Assembly (NCBI GenBank): GCA_945859975.1
Contig: CAMAPH010000025.1
Coordinates: 1 to 40,858 of the forward strand
Direction of reading: 5' to 3'
Source of the DNA: Chthonomonas calidirosea
GTDB lineage: Bacteria > Armatimonadota > Fimbriimonadia > Fimbriimonadales > Fimbriimonadaceae
DNA: 40,858 nt
Each line of letters starts with the position of its first letter. The first letter of the stretch is position 1. Under the pieces are notes generated by a model that saw only the letters and a program-made list of their open reading frames with translations, was not told where the DNA came from and did no database searches. The translations under genes were made by a program, and so were the position numbers. Of the stretch, positions 1 through 10,009 are shown piece by piece.

Positions 1-1515
1 GTTGGCAATCGAGCGCCGAACCCAACGCTGTTTGTGCATGCCGAACCAGATCCATCCTTACCTGCCAACGGACCCGGGACCGGATCGAGCGGCAACTTTA
101 TTCTTGGAGAAGTCTTCGTCGAAGTCGAAGGAACGATCTATCCTCCCGTGGCCGCTGCCTCGAGCATCATTCAGGCTGGCTACAGCATTTCCGATGTCAG
201 CGACGGAAATCTAGAAACCGGTTTGGCCGCTTACAACGGTATCGGCAAACCACTGGTGGCTGGCTTCCGGTTTGAAGGACTGCCCACCACCGGGGAAAGA
301 AAGTTGGTCCTGCGGTTCGGAAGTGCCGAGTGGCCCAACCACCGGTTGGGCAAGTTACGCGTGACTTCTTCAAGTCAGCCGACCGCGCTTTGGGCGGCTT
401 TACCGAAGAAGCCGAGCGAGGACGAGATTTTGGGTTCCCATCCAGCCTTGGTGAAACAAAGCCAAAAGCTACGAGCCATTCAGCGCAAGAAGAGAGCACT
501 CGACCAAGAGATTGAAGATTCAACCGCTTTGATCGTTCGCGAAAAACCGACCACGGAACCGCTCACCGCATGGCTGCTGACCCGGGGCGAATTCATGGGC
601 CGCAAAGAAAAAGTCCCGGCCGGCGTTCCGGGTCAACTTCCCAAGCTCCGCCCCGGCGAGCGCGCCGATCGTTTGAGTTTTGCCAAATGGCTCGTGCGAA
701 AAGACAATCCGCTCACCGCTCGCGTGTTCGTCAACCGCGTCTGGCAGCAGTACTTCGGACGTGGCATCGTGGAAACCGTTGAGGACTTCGGCACGCAAGG
801 CTCGCCGCCCACGCACCCAGAACTCCTCGACTGGCTCGCAAACGAGTTCGTGAACTCCGGCTGGAACCAGAAGGCGCTCCACCGAAAGATCGTCCTCAGC
901 AGCACCTATCGGCAATCGAGCACGGTGTCCCAAGCGGCTTTGGCCAAGGACCCCAAAAACGAATGGCTGGCGAGGGGCCCGCGCGTTCGACTCGAAGCCG
1001 AGTTGATCCGCGACTCCGTGCTCTCCGCTTCTGGATTGCTGAGCCGGAAGGTCGGCGGACCGAGCGTTTTCCCAAGCCAACCTGCGGGAGTGTGGAACAG
1101 TCCTTATAGCGGGGAGCGATGGATTCCGAGCCAGGGCGAAGACGCGTACCGACGCGGCATTTACACCTTCATCAAGCGGACCTCGCCTTATCCGAACTTT
1201 GCCGCCTTCGATGCTCCAAGCCGCGAAGAGTGCACCGTTCGGCGAAGCCAGACCAACACGCCCCTTCAGGCGCTGGCAATGATGAACGACGCCACGGTCA
1301 TCGAAGCCGCCGAAGCTTTGAGCAAGCGAATGAACCGCGAAGGTGGGCCGGACCTTTCGAGCCGCCTCAAGTACGGCTTCCGACTTTGTACCGGACGCCG
1401 ACCGACCGCGGCCGAACTCAATCGCCTCCTCGCCCTTGCCAAGAAACGCAAAAACTCGCTGGATCTAGCCGCCATGGCGCTGCTGAACCTCGACGAGACG
1501 ATCACTAAGGAGTAA
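1..1515 (+). CDS. DUF1553 (PSD1)-domain protein, planctomycete cytochrome-c-associated family; 5'-truncated by window edge
   Basis: Frame is open from base 1. Motifs [42 protein letters not shown] and TNTPLQAL are typical of DUF1553; followed by DUF1501, its usual partner. Confidence 0.9.
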   Translation, partial: VGNRAPNPTLFVHAEPDPSLPANGPGTGSSGNFILGEVFVEVEGTIYPPVAAASSIIQAGYSISDVSDGNLETGLAAYNGIGKPLVAGFRFEGLPTTGERKLVLRFGSAEWPNHRLGKLRVTSSSQPTALWAALPKKPSEDEILGSHPALVKQSQKLRAIQRKKRALDQEIEDSTALIVREKPTTEPLTAWLLTRGEFMGRKEKVPAGVPGQLPKLRPGERADRLSFAKWLVRKDNPLTARVFVNRVWQQYFGRGIVETVEDFGTQGSPPTHPELLDWLANEFVNSGWNQKALHRKIVLSSTYRQSSTVSQAALAKDPKNEWLARGPRVRLEAELIRDSVLSASGLLSRKVGGPSVFPSQPAGVWNSPYSGERWIPSQGEDAYRRGIYTFIKRTSPYPNFAAFDAPSREECTVRRSQTNTPLQALAMMNDATVIEAAEALSKRMNREGGPDLSSRLKYGFRLCTGRRPTAAELNRLLALAKKRKNSLDLAAMALLNLDETITKE

Positions 1516-1521
1516 CCCGGG

Positions 1522-2982
1522 ATGAACTACAAAGACGAACAAAACCAAATCGCCCTGCGCGAGATCACCCGCCGCACGTTGCTCCGCGAAACCGGATACG
1601 GGGTCGGTGGCCTCGCCCTTGCCAGCATGCTCGGCGGCAACGCCTTTGGCGCGCAGCAAAAGCGGACCGACCCGATGGCGGTAAAGCCTCCGCACTTCGC
1701 TCCGAAGGCTAAGAGCGTCATTTACCTCTTCATGGCTGGCGCGCCTTCGCAGTTCGAACTCTTCGATCCAAAGCCGACGTTGACCAAGTTCGATGGCCAA
1801 GAGTGCCCGGACGACCTTTTGAACGGCGAGCGATTCGCCTTCATCCGGGGCAAGCCCAAGCTCCTTGGCTCGCCATACAAGTTCCGCCAAGCAGGGAAGT
1901 CGGGTCAGTGGGTGAGCGAGCTGATGCCGCACTTCGATGGCATTGCGGATGACGTCGCGGTGATCCGCAGTATGGTCACCGACCAGTTCAACCACGCTCC
2001 GGCGCAGTTGTTCATGAACACCGGCTTCCAACTCCCGGGCCGACCGAGCCTCGGTAGCTGGCTCACCTACGGCCTCGGCTCCGAGCGAGAAGACCTGCCC
2101 GGCTTTGTGGTCCTGCTCAGCGGAGAAAACAACCCGGATGGTGGCAAGGCTTGCTACGGCAGCGGCTTCTTGCCGACCTCCTACCAGGGGGTCGAGTTCC
2201 GTTCGGAAGGCGATCCCGTTTTGTTCTTGCAGGACCCGAAAGGCATGGATCGCGGGACGCGGCGAGAAATGCTGGATGCCGTCCGCGACCTGAATCGGCT
2301 GAAGTTCCAGCAGGTTCTTGACCCCGAAATCGAGTCGAGAATCGCCCAGTACGAGCTCGCCTTCCGAATGCAAACGAGCGTCCCGGAACTCGCCGATCTT
2401 TCGAAAGAAACGCCCGAGACGATCGAGTTGTACGGTGCAGAACCCGGAAAGCGATCCTTCGCCAACAACTGCATCCTCGCTCGGCGACTCGTGGAGCGCG
2501 GAGTTCGCTTTGTGCAGCTTTACCACCGAGGCTGGGACAACCACGGCACCGGCCCCGGCGACGACATCATGACGCGCTTGCCAAAGCTGTGTAAGGAAGT
2601 TGATCAGGCCGCCGCCGCTCTGGTGATGGACTTGAAACGAAACGGACTTTTGGACGAGACCTTAGTCATTTGGGGCGGCGAATTCGGCCGAACGCCAATG
2701 AACGAAGGCCGTGGCGGATCGCCCTTCAAAGGCCGAGACCACCACCCACGCGCCTTCACCATCTGGGCCGCCGGCGGCGGAATCAAGCCCGGAATCTCGC
2801 TCGGCGCGACCGACGAACTCGGCTACAACATCACCGAAGACCCCGTCCACGTCCACGACCTCCACGCCACCATCCTGCACCAAATGGGCCTAAACCACAC
2901 CCGCCTGACCTACCGATACCAGGGCCGAGACTTTCGGCTCACGGATGTTCACGGGAACGTCGTGAAGAAGCTGATCTCCTAA
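1522..2982 (+). CDS. DUF1501 family (sulfatase-like) protein with Tat-like N-terminus
   Basis: TRRTLL twin-arginine-like signal; [53 protein letters not shown]-terminal [10 protein letters not shown]. Confidence 0.92.
   Translation: MNYKDEQNQIALREITRRTLLRETGYGVGGLALASMLGGNAFGAQQKRTDPMAVKPPHFAPKAKSVIYLFMAGAPSQFELFDPKPTLTKFDGQECPDDLLNGERFAFIRGKPKLLGSPYKFRQAGKSGQWVSELMPHFDGIADDVAVIRSMVTDQFNHAPAQLFMNTGFQLPGRPSLGSWLTYGLGSEREDLPGFVVLLSGENNPDGGKACYGSGFLPTSYQGVEFRSEGDPVLFLQDPKGMDRGTRREMLDAVRDLNRLKFQQVLDPEIESRIAQYELAFRMQTSVPELADLSKETPETIELYGAEPGKRSFANNCILARRLVERGVRFVQLYHRGWDNHGTGPGDDIMTRLPKLCKEVDQAAAALVMDLKRNGLLDETLVIWGGEFGRTPMNEGRGGSPFKGRDHHPRAFTIWAAGGGIKPGISLGATDELGYNITEDPVHVHDLHATILHQMGLNHTRLTYRYQGRDFRLTDVHGNVVKKLIS
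2766..2982 (+). repeat. Direct repeat copy 1 (3' end of DUF1501 gene)
   Basis: 2766-2850 is identical to 8369-8453; similarity continues to the stop codon with one 6-bp indel and scattered substitutions. Confidence 0.95.
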
Positions 2983-3078
2983 GGACTCAAGAAAAATGGG
3001 TTGAGAAACTTCCTATAGTCGTCTCAGGGTGTCTCACGAAATGAGAGTCTAACCGAGAGATCCTCATTTCCGGAAACT

Positions 3079-3103
3079 GAACTTTGCGGTGATGAGTCCG
3101 TCT
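3079..3103 (+). promoter_or_regulatory. Possible ECF-sigma promoter (GAACTT-N16-TCT)
   Basis: GAACTT at 3079-3084 and CGTCT at 3099-3103, just before the ATG at 3112; resembles the sigmaE-type consensus. Confidence 0.3.
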
Positions 3104-3111
3104 CCACGACT

Positions 3112-5052
3112 ATGTGTTTCCCTTGGGCGTTGGTGCTTTCTTCGTTGACCACGCCCAGCCTTGAAGCGGCCTTTGCACGAGTAGAGGTTCTCGGCCTTAC
3201 CGATGTCGTGGCGGGAACGAATGGCTTCGCTCTAGTTGACCTCAACAAAGACGGCCTCAAGGATATGGTTCTTTGTCAGCAGCCTGTCCTCCGAAGCACG
3301 GTTGAATTCGGGCCCGAGTTTATGAAGCTCAATGAGACTAGGATCTATGTGCTGATCGGTACCGGGCCGATGTCCTATCGTGAGCACAAGATAACGATCA
3401 AGAATCAGAAACAAGTTCGGTTTGGCGAACGGCAGGCGGGCCAGATTCCGAACTTTGGCGACTTCAACAAGGACGGCTTCCTTGATCTGTTCGTCACCCG
3501 CAGTTCCGCGTCCTCAGCTAACCGACCGGTCCAGAACTCAGAGCCACTTGGAAACTCGCTATACCTATCCGACGGGGCTTGGGATAAGTTCGTCGATGTC
3601 AGCGATGCTGCAGGCATTCGGAATGAAATGGGCTACAACCGCCAGTCCAGCATCGGCGACGTCAACAAAGACGGTTGGTTGGATGTTGCCATCGGCTGCG
3701 ACAACATCGGAAACGCGATGGGAGGGGTGCCTCACAGTCGAATGTATATCTTCAGACCAAATGGTCCGAAATTTACGGATGGCAAGTTCGAAGACATTGG
3801 AGGGACTGATCTGATCCCAGACTTCGGCGGCTTTTATCACGATTCCAAGCGAGACAAAGCGGGACCGGATGTGACCCTGCGTGATCTGGACGATGATGGC
3901 GATCTTGATGTTCTCCAAGACTTCCATATTGATATTCGAGACCCTAAGCTGCCGTACTCACCTGGGGAATATCGTCAGGGCAACTTTAACTGGAAAAACA
4001 TGCTGGAACAGGGGGCATTCAAGTTTGAGAAAGTTACCGAAAACGGCTTTGCCAATGAGGGAAAGCTAAAGTGGAATCAAACCGCGCGGCGATTCGAGAT
4101 CGAATACGGCAAAGCTCCTGGTTTGCCGTACGTGACGACCGCCGACATTGACAATGATGGTGACCAGGACATCTTGGCGGTCGGTCCTAGCGATTCCAGT
4201 TGGTCGCCTCGTACCGAGTACGTCGGGGGAAGGTTTTGGCGCAATGAGGGTGGCTTCAAGTTCTCCGAGCAGACAGATGCGATTGGGCTCGAATCACTAA
4301 ACTGGACCTATCGCCGGTGGCTTCCTCACTTTGGGCTGATACTTCCCGCTGCACTTGTTAACCGCCCTGCTACTGGAGTGTTTGCCCAGACAAGTGGACT
4401 CCCGCGCGTAAATCCGCTGGACTGGCGACCCTATTACGCCGACACGATCTTCGGCGACGTGAACAACGACGGTTGGATCGACCTCGTCGTGCTCGATCGC
4501 CGCGAAGGTGCGCAAGGGCTGATTGCCCATGCCGTTTTGTACTTCAACAAAATGGGCAAGTTTGAACCCCAGCCCATGTCAACAAGCGGAATCGACTTCA
4601 CCAGCATCGCCGGAGAAATGGCTGACTTGAACAACGATGGACTTCTTGATTTAGTTATAGCCGCAGATCCCGATAATACGGGTGGAGCCGCCGCCGCTGA
4701 GAGGTATCAATCGAAGGTTTTTGTGAACACGGGCGCGAATGGAGCCAAAGAAAACAATTGGCTGAGACTGCGTTTCTCGGAAGTCAATCAGGCGGAGCTG
4801 ATTGGGGCAAAGGTGACCGTCCGGGAGCCTGGAACGAACAAAATTCTCGGAACGCGTTGGATTCACTCCGATCATTCCTACAAGTCTTCGGGTGCGCTTG
4901 AAGCACATTTCGGGCTTGGCAAGGTGAACAAAGTTGACATCGAAGTCGTTCTGCCCAACAGGCAGAGGACGTCGATCAAATCAGTCTCAGCCAGTCAATT
5001 CCTAGACATCAACATGAAGACAAGCAAATCATCCCCGGTAGTGGCCCTATGA
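3112..5052 (+). CDS. CRTAC1-like FG-GAP/VCBS repeat protein with C-terminal ASPIC/UnbV domain
   Basis: Repeated DxNxDGxxD motifs (DLNKDGLKD, DFNKDGFLD, DVNKDGWLD, DIDNDGDQD, DVNNDGWID, DLNNDGLLD); C-terminal NNWLRLR...IGAKVTV...AHFGLG. Confidence 0.88.
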   Translation: MCFPWALVLSSLTTPSLEAAFARVEVLGLTDVVAGTNGFALVDLNKDGLKDMVLCQQPVLRSTVEFGPEFMKLNETRIYVLIGTGPMSYREHKITIKNQKQVRFGERQAGQIPNFGDFNKDGFLDLFVTRSSASSANRPVQNSEPLGNSLYLSDGAWDKFVDVSDAAGIRNEMGYNRQSSIGDVNKDGWLDVAIGCDNIGNAMGGVPHSRMYIFRPNGPKFTDGKFEDIGGTDLIPDFGGFYHDSKRDKAGPDVTLRDLDDDGDLDVLQDFHIDIRDPKLPYSPGEYRQGNFNWKNMLEQGAFKFEKVTENGFANEGKLKWNQTARRFEIEYGKAPGLPYVTTADIDNDGDQDILAVGPSDSSWSPRTEYVGGRFWRNEGGFKFSEQTDAIGLESLNWTYRRWLPHFGLILPAALVNRPATGVFAQTSGLPRVNPLDWRPYYADTIFGDVNNDGWIDLVVLDRREGAQGLIAHAVLYFNKMGKFEPQPMSTSGIDFTSIAGEMADLNNDGLLDLVIAADPDNTGGAAAAERYQSKVFVNTGANGAKENNWLRLRFSEVNQAELIGAKVTVREPGTNKILGTRWIHSDHSYKSSGALEAHFGLGKVNKVDIEVVLPNRQRTSIKSVSASQFLDINMKTSKSSPVVAL

Positions 5053-7058
5053 AGTTCCTCTGGCTTTTTGCGGCAATGCTTACGCTGGTTGGGGCATCTT
5101 GCCTTCAGTCTCAGCTACCCGCAAAGGCAGCCGTCCAAACTTCATCAGCATCGTCCGGCCTTGGCAAAACGGTGTCAACAATGCAAGGAGTTGATCTTGC
5201 TGGCAACAAAGTTGCTGTGCCGTGGAAAGGGGCTAAGGCAACTGTCATCGCTCTTTCGAGTGTCACCTGTCCCCTCTGTCAGAAGTACGGTCCCACTCTT
5301 GCCGCGCTCGAGGACAGTTACATCAAACGGGGCGTGAAGTTCATCTACCTCAACCCCACAACAAGTGAATCCGCGGGTGAGATGAACCAACTCATCAAGC
5401 GGTTGAAGCTTGATGGCCCCTACGTCCACGATCCCAAGGGAACGTGGACTCAAGAACTCGGAGCCAAGACGACAACTGAGACTTTCGTTTTGGACAGGAA
5501 CGGCAAGCTCGTGTACCGAGGCGCGATTGATGATCAGTATGCAATCGGCGCCGCGCTACCAAAACCGAAGAATCGCTACTTGGCGAATGCGCTTGATGCC
5601 GTTCTAGCAGGGAAGGCGGTGAAGGTAAGCGCGACCTCGGCCCCAGGTTGTCTCTTGAACGGCAAGAAAGTCGCACGGAACGATTCCGTCCCGAGCTTCC
5701 ACGGCAAAATCCAGCATATTGTACAGCGAAGCTGCATGCCTTGCCACCGCCCTGGCGGAGTCGCTCCGTTCTCGCTGGACGGATATGAGGCAGTGAAGTC
5801 GCGGGCGAAGATGCTCGAATTCGTCGTGGATGAAGGCATCATGCCGCCCTGGTTCGCCAAGCAGGGCGGCCCATGGCGCAACGACATGTCTTTGCCTGAC
5901 GCGGAAAAGGCTGCACTGAAGGCTTGGATCGCGGGAGGAACGCCGAAGGGCGACCCGAAAGACGCGCCCGTACCAAACTCATACGTCTCTGGCTGGACGA
6001 TTGGCAAACCGGACGCGACCTTCCAGTTGCCGGAGCCGGTGACGATAAAGGAAAGCGGCGTGATGCCTTACGCCAATATCAACGTGCCGACCAACTTCAC
6101 GGAAGACAAATGGGTAGACAAGATTGAGGTCATCCCAGGCGACAGAAGGGCCGTTCACCACGTCTTGGTCTTCGCTCGATCGTCTGCAAATGCGAGCCAG
6201 GGTCGGCTTCAAAGAGTGGCCGATGCCGACGCTCGGGATGAACTCAGCGGATTCTTCGGAATCTACGTTCCCGGCAACAGTGCGCTGACTTACCCCACGG
6301 GTCTTGCGAAACGGATTCCAAAGGGAGCAATCCTTAGGTTCCAGATTCACTACACGCCCTATGGCACAGCGACTAAGGATCAAACCAAGATTGGTTTTGT
6401 CTTCGCCAAAGGACCCCCGAAGAGCGAAGTCCACACCGCGAGCATTGCTAATCTCAGGTTCGCGATCCCTCCTGGAGATCCCAACTTCCAAGTGGATGCG
6501 CAGCTTAGGGTTCCCACAGATGTCCAATTGCTTTCTTTTCTTCCCCACATGCATGTACGGGCGAGAGCAGCCCGATACGAGTTGACAACTGGCGGTAAGA
6601 CAACCAAGCTTCTGGACGTGCCTCGGTATGACTTCAATTGGCAGCTCAACTACGTGCTCCAATCGCCTCTCGCTGTCAAGTCCGGCGACACATTGAAGTT
6701 CTCCGCATGGTTTGACAACAGTGACAAGAACTCCGCGAACCCCGATCCCACAAAGACTGTCCGCTGGGGCGCGCAGACGTTTAACGAGATGCATCTAGGC
6801 TACATCGAGTACATCATTCCGGGCGAAAAGCCGGGTGAAGGGGGTGGTGGAATCCGGCGTGGTCCCGGAGTCGGGGGCGGCGGAGGCGCGCAGATTGAGG
6901 CAACCTTCAAGCGCCTAGACCGAAACAGCGACGGGTTCCTGACAGAGGATGAGGCCGGTGTACTGTGGAACCGGATCAGGGCCGGAGACGCCGATGAGGA
7001 CGGCAAGGTTTCACTCGATGAGGTTAAGCGGCTTTTTGGTGGAGCATTCCGGCGATGA
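5049..7058 (+). CDS. Secreted redoxin + CxxCH heme motif + copper type II monooxygenase-like + EF-hand fusion protein
   Basis: Signal peptide; TCPLC and YRGAIDDQY (redoxin); CMPCH; VHH, PHMH and NEM metal-ligand motifs; DRNSDGFLTEDE and DADEDGKVSLDE EF-hand loops. ATGA overlap with upstream gene. Confidence 0.82.
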   Translation: MKFLWLFAAMLTLVGASCLQSQLPAKAAVQTSSASSGLGKTVSTMQGVDLAGNKVAVPWKGAKATVIALSSVTCPLCQKYGPTLAALEDSYIKRGVKFIYLNPTTSESAGEMNQLIKRLKLDGPYVHDPKGTWTQELGAKTTTETFVLDRNGKLVYRGAIDDQYAIGAALPKPKNRYLANALDAVLAGKAVKVSATSAPGCLLNGKKVARNDSVPSFHGKIQHIVQRSCMPCHRPGGVAPFSLDGYEAVKSRAKMLEFVVDEGIMPPWFAKQGGPWRNDMSLPDAEKAALKAWIAGGTPKGDPKDAPVPNSYVSGWTIGKPDATFQLPEPVTIKESGVMPYANINVPTNFTEDKWVDKIEVIPGDRRAVHHVLVFARSSANASQGRLQRVADADARDELSGFFGIYVPGNSALTYPTGLAKRIPKGAILRFQIHYTPYGTATKDQTKIGFVFAKGPPKSEVHTASIANLRFAIPPGDPNFQVDAQLRVPTDVQLLSFLPHMHVRARAARYELTTGGKTTKLLDVPRYDFNWQLNYVLQSPLAVKSGDTLKFSAWFDNSDKNSANPDPTKTVRWGAQTFNEMHLGYIEYIIPGEKPGEGGGGIRRGPGVGGGGGAQIEATFKRLDRNSDGFLTEDEAGVLWNRIRAGDADEDGKVSLDEVKRLFGGAFRR

Positions 7059-8350
7059 TCGCCCTTACCATTGCCGCGCTCTTCTTTACTCCATCCGTCG
7101 ATGCACGGCCAAATATCGTCCTCATCCTAGCGGACGATCTCGGCTATGGTTCGCTCGGAGCCTATGGCGAAAAGGAAATCCCTACGCCCAACATCGATTC
7201 CATCGCCAAGAATGGCGCGAAGATGACGGACGGATATGTTTCCTGCCCAATCTGCGCTCCCACCCGTGCAGGATTGATGACGGGCCGCTACCAGCAGCGG
7301 TTTGGCTTCGAGCACAATCCCGGCCCGGAGCGTCAGGCAAACGACAAGTTTGGCCTGCCAATTGCCGAGACGACCATCGCCGAAGTTCTCAAGAAGAACG
7401 GCTACCGCACGGGGATGTTCGGCAAGTGGCATCTCGGCTACAAGCCGGAAGTTCAGCCCGCGGCCCGCGGATTTGACGAGTTCTACGGATTTCTCAGCGG
7501 AGCCAGAAGTTACTTCCCAAGTCGACGAACCGACTCTCTCCTCCGCGGGACGAAGGAAGTGACCGAAACCGAATATCTGACGGACGCTTTTGCCCGAGAA
7601 GCAGTGGCATTCATAGAACAGAACAGCCAGAAGCCCTTCTTTCTCTACGTCCCTTTCAATGCGGTCCATGCGCCGATGGAAGCTCCCGCGAAGTACACCG
7701 ATCCTTTCGCTGAACTCACCGGAACCAGAAAAACCTTTGCTGGAATGCAGGCGGGCCTGGACGCCGCAGTCGGAAAAGTCCTGAACGCGATCAAGAATAA
7801 GGGACTCGAGAAGAACACCGTTATCTTCTTCCTCAGTGATAACGGAGGGCCAACCCAACAAACCACATCGAGCAACAAGCCGTTGCGCGGCGTTAAGGGG
7901 CAGATGTACGAAGGCGGAATTCGCGTGCCCTTCATGGTTCAGTGGCAAGGCAAGGTCAAGCCTGGCACGATCGTCCAAGATCCATGCTTCAGCCTCGACA
8001 TCTTTCCGACCGTGCTCGAGATCGCCGGAGTCTCTAAGGAAGACCGGAAATCTAAACTGGATGGCCGAAGCCTCGTGCCGGCCCTACAAGGGAGTCAGTC
8101 CGCGAAATCGCCGAGATCAATTTTTTGGCGGATGGGCGCACAGTATGCCGTTCGAAGCGGGGATTGGAAGATGGTCTCAAGCCGAGGACGAGTGGAACTC
8201 TTCAATCTGAAATCAGACATCGCCGAGGCGAACAATCTTTCTGAAAAGGAGCCGCAAAAGTTGAAGGAGCTTCAAGCCTCGTTCGCTGCCTGGAACAAGG
8301 AAAACATCGCGCCGTTGTGGCGACGGTCAGATGGTACGGCGGGCGATTAG
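7055..8350 (+). CDS. Arylsulfatase / formylglycine-dependent sulfatase
   Basis: [23 protein letters not shown] (CxPxR), [21 protein letters not shown]. Confidence 0.95.
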   Translation: MIALTIAALFFTPSVDARPNIVLILADDLGYGSLGAYGEKEIPTPNIDSIAKNGAKMTDGYVSCPICAPTRAGLMTGRYQQRFGFEHNPGPERQANDKFGLPIAETTIAEVLKKNGYRTGMFGKWHLGYKPEVQPAARGFDEFYGFLSGARSYFPSRRTDSLLRGTKEVTETEYLTDAFAREAVAFIEQNSQKPFFLYVPFNAVHAPMEAPAKYTDPFAELTGTRKTFAGMQAGLDAAVGKVLNAIKNKGLEKNTVIFFLSDNGGPTQQTTSSNKPLRGVKGQMYEGGIRVPFMVQWQGKVKPGTIVQDPCFSLDIFPTVLEIAGVSKEDRKSKLDGRSLVPALQGSQSAKSPRSIFWRMGAQYAVRSGDWKMVSSRGRVELFNLKSDIAEANNLSEKEPQKLKELQASFAAWNKENIAPLWRRSDGTAGD

Positions 8351-8368
8351 GCATCCCGTTGTAACGCT

Positions 8369-8579
8369 GGCCGCCGGCGGCGGAATCAAGCCCGGAATCT
8401 CGCTCGGCGCGACCGACGAACTCGGCTACAACATCACCGAAGACCCCGTCCACGACCTCCACTCCACCATCCTGCACCAAATGGGCCTAGACCACACCTG
8501 CCTGACCTACCGATATCAGGGCCGAGATTTCCGGCTGACGGACGTTCATGGGAACGTTGTACGGAAGCTAATCGCCTAG
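8369..8579 (+). pseudogene. Orphan duplicated 3' fragment of DUF1501 gene (direct repeat copy 2)
   Basis: Encodes AAGGGIKPG...[15 protein letters not shown] with no homologous N-terminus; 6-bp deletion (VHVHD to VHD) relative to copy 1. Confidence 0.9.
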
Positions 8580-8581
8580 CG

Positions 8582-8968
8582 CTACTGGCCGGAGCTCACT
8601 TCGGCCACCGGCTTCCGAACCCCACTCCAAAGCCACGCGCCCGCGGCAAGGCTGAAGATTGAAATGACGGTTAACGCCACGACTTCCGTACTCGGCAGAA
8701 AGGCGGTGGACTGCGCATACGCGGCCACTCCGGCCGTCAATGTTCCGAGCATGAGCAGATCGTAAGCATCAAACCGATTCCGCTCGCCGACGGCTCCTTT
8801 TGGCGCTTTGACGAACCGGAATCCCAGATAAACCGGAATCGCGAAGAGCTTGAGCACGAATCGAATCAGCCCAAGATCGCTGAAAAGGTTATGCGCCAAG
8901 ACCACCAGCGCGACCAGGATGGCGGGGAGGAGCAAGAGCCTCCAACGGTATTCGGAATAGACAGACAT
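8582..8968 (-). CDS. Hypothetical membrane protein (about 4 TM segments)
   Basis: Four hydrophobic stretches; ATG at 8968 chosen as the likely start. Confidence 0.65.
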   Translation of the reverse strand: MSVYSEYRWRLLLLPAILVALVVLAHNLFSDLGLIRFVLKLFAIPVYLGFRFVKAPKGAVGERNRFDAYDLLMLGTLTAGVAAYAQSTAFLPSTEVVALTVISIFSLAAGAWLWSGVRKPVAEVSSGQ

Positions 8969-9060
8969 AGTGAATTCCCAACGGTGAAGCAATCACCGTT
9001 AGAATCATTGGTGAGCTAGACCGAATCTTGAGGTTGGTAAAGGCGTGGAATCCCAGTACG

Positions 9061-9477
9061 TCAAGACTTTTCGGCTGTCAGTGCCGCTTCCAGCGCCTCA
9101 AAATCTTGAACAATGGATGTGGCCCGTTCGAGGCAGCGCGCGGGATCGTCTTGGACAGGTAACTGTATCTCGTAGTCCGCCTTGTTTCGGGCTGAGCGCA
9201 AGGTATTGCATGTGATCAATATCCGCGTTTTGACCCCAGCATCTTTCGCCCATCGCCAAAGCACGTCATGCCCCACGTTGAACAGGATCTCGTGCTGGGA
9301 TTCTCCGGACTGCGCCAGACTTTGCGCGCGATACCGACGCGCGGCGTGAAAGACGGCGTAATAGGCGGCAGAGATGGCCCGTCTTTCGCACAGTTCGGCA
9401 GCGCCTAGATTGCTCTGCGTCGATGCTGCAAGGACAAGGGTCTGGGCGTGGGAAAGGAAGTCCCGAGAACTAACCAC
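9061..9477 (-). CDS. HEPN-domain protein (UPF0332-like), putative toxin/RNase
   Basis: RRAISAAYYAVFH and LRSARNKADY motifs characteristic of this HEPN group. Confidence 0.75.
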   Translation of the reverse strand: MVSSRDFLSHAQTLVLAASTQSNLGAAELCERRAISAAYYAVFHAARRYRAQSLAQSGESQHEILFNVGHDVLWRWAKDAGVKTRILITCNTLRSARNKADYEIQLPVQDDPARCLERATSIVQDFEALEAALTAEKS

Positions 9478-9824
9478 TACGCTACGACAAGGCGGTAGTA
9501 GTCGCCGTCCAAGTTAGGATTGGCGTCCAGAAAGTCCGCTACCTCATCCGTTCGATCGTGTCCAGCCTTTTCGAACCGAATTTCAACCGTGACTTGCTCG
9601 TCATCTGAACGCTCCATTAGGGCAAGTACAGACGCGCTTGGGAACGCAGTCAAAATTTCCTTGGCTAGGAGATTGAAGTGAGCAGAGTAACCGGCCTGGG
9701 TGATGAAGGACTCGGCTGACTCGGATCGAAGCACGAGTTTCCCGGGAACCTTAACGGTTCGGTCAAAAATAGCCGCGTTGAGCCGATCTCGGTCTATCTT
9801 GCGGATCGCAACTGAACTTCTCAT
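9477..9824 (-). CDS. Hypothetical protein, putative partner/antitoxin of the HEPN gene
   Basis: 115-aa ORF whose stop overlaps the HEPN start by 1 nt; acidic C-terminus. Confidence 0.55.
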   Translation of the reverse strand: MRSSVAIRKIDRDRLNAAIFDRTVKVPGKLVLRSESAESFITQAGYSAHFNLLAKEILTAFPSASVLALMERSDDEQVTVEIRFEKAGHDRTDEVADFLDANPNLDGDYYRLVVA

Positions 9825-9879
9825 CTGCGTTTAGACGGTTGGAACCTAAGAGGTGATCGCTAAATACACACCCAAAATC

Positions 9880-9954
9880 TGGAGCCGGCGACAGGACTTG
9901 AACCCGCGACCCGCTGTTTACAAAACAGCTGCTCTACCACTGAGCTACGCCGGC
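9880..9954 (-). tRNA. tRNA-Thr(UGU)
   Basis: Reverse complement GCCGGCGTAGCTCAGTGGTAGAGCAGCTGTTTTGTAAACAGCGGGTCGCGGGTTCAAGTCCTGTCGCCGGCTCCA folds as a cloverleaf; anticodon loop TTTGTAA; GTTCAA T-loop; encoded CCA. Confidence 0.97.
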
Positions 9955-9963
9955 GAACGGTCT

Positions 9964-9992
9964 ATTGTACCGAGTACGCATAGACCGTTCAA
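9964..9992 (-). promoter_or_regulatory. Sigma70-type promoter of tRNA-Thr
   Basis: TTGAAC-N17-TACAAT on the minus strand, 9 nt before the tRNA 5' end. Confidence 0.7.
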
Positions 9993-10009
9993 CCGCAGGC
10001 GTCCGAGAA

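Noticed and set aside
1465..2544. Long antisense/alternative-frame ORFs (e.g. 1465-2544, 7127-7978, 22875-24035, 32549-33361, 39929-40684)
   Set aside because: Shadow ORFs of well-supported genes in GC-rich DNA; no motifs.
8331..8579. 82-aa ORF as an independent gene
   Set aside because: It is the duplicated DUF1501 C-terminus with a fortuitous upstream start.
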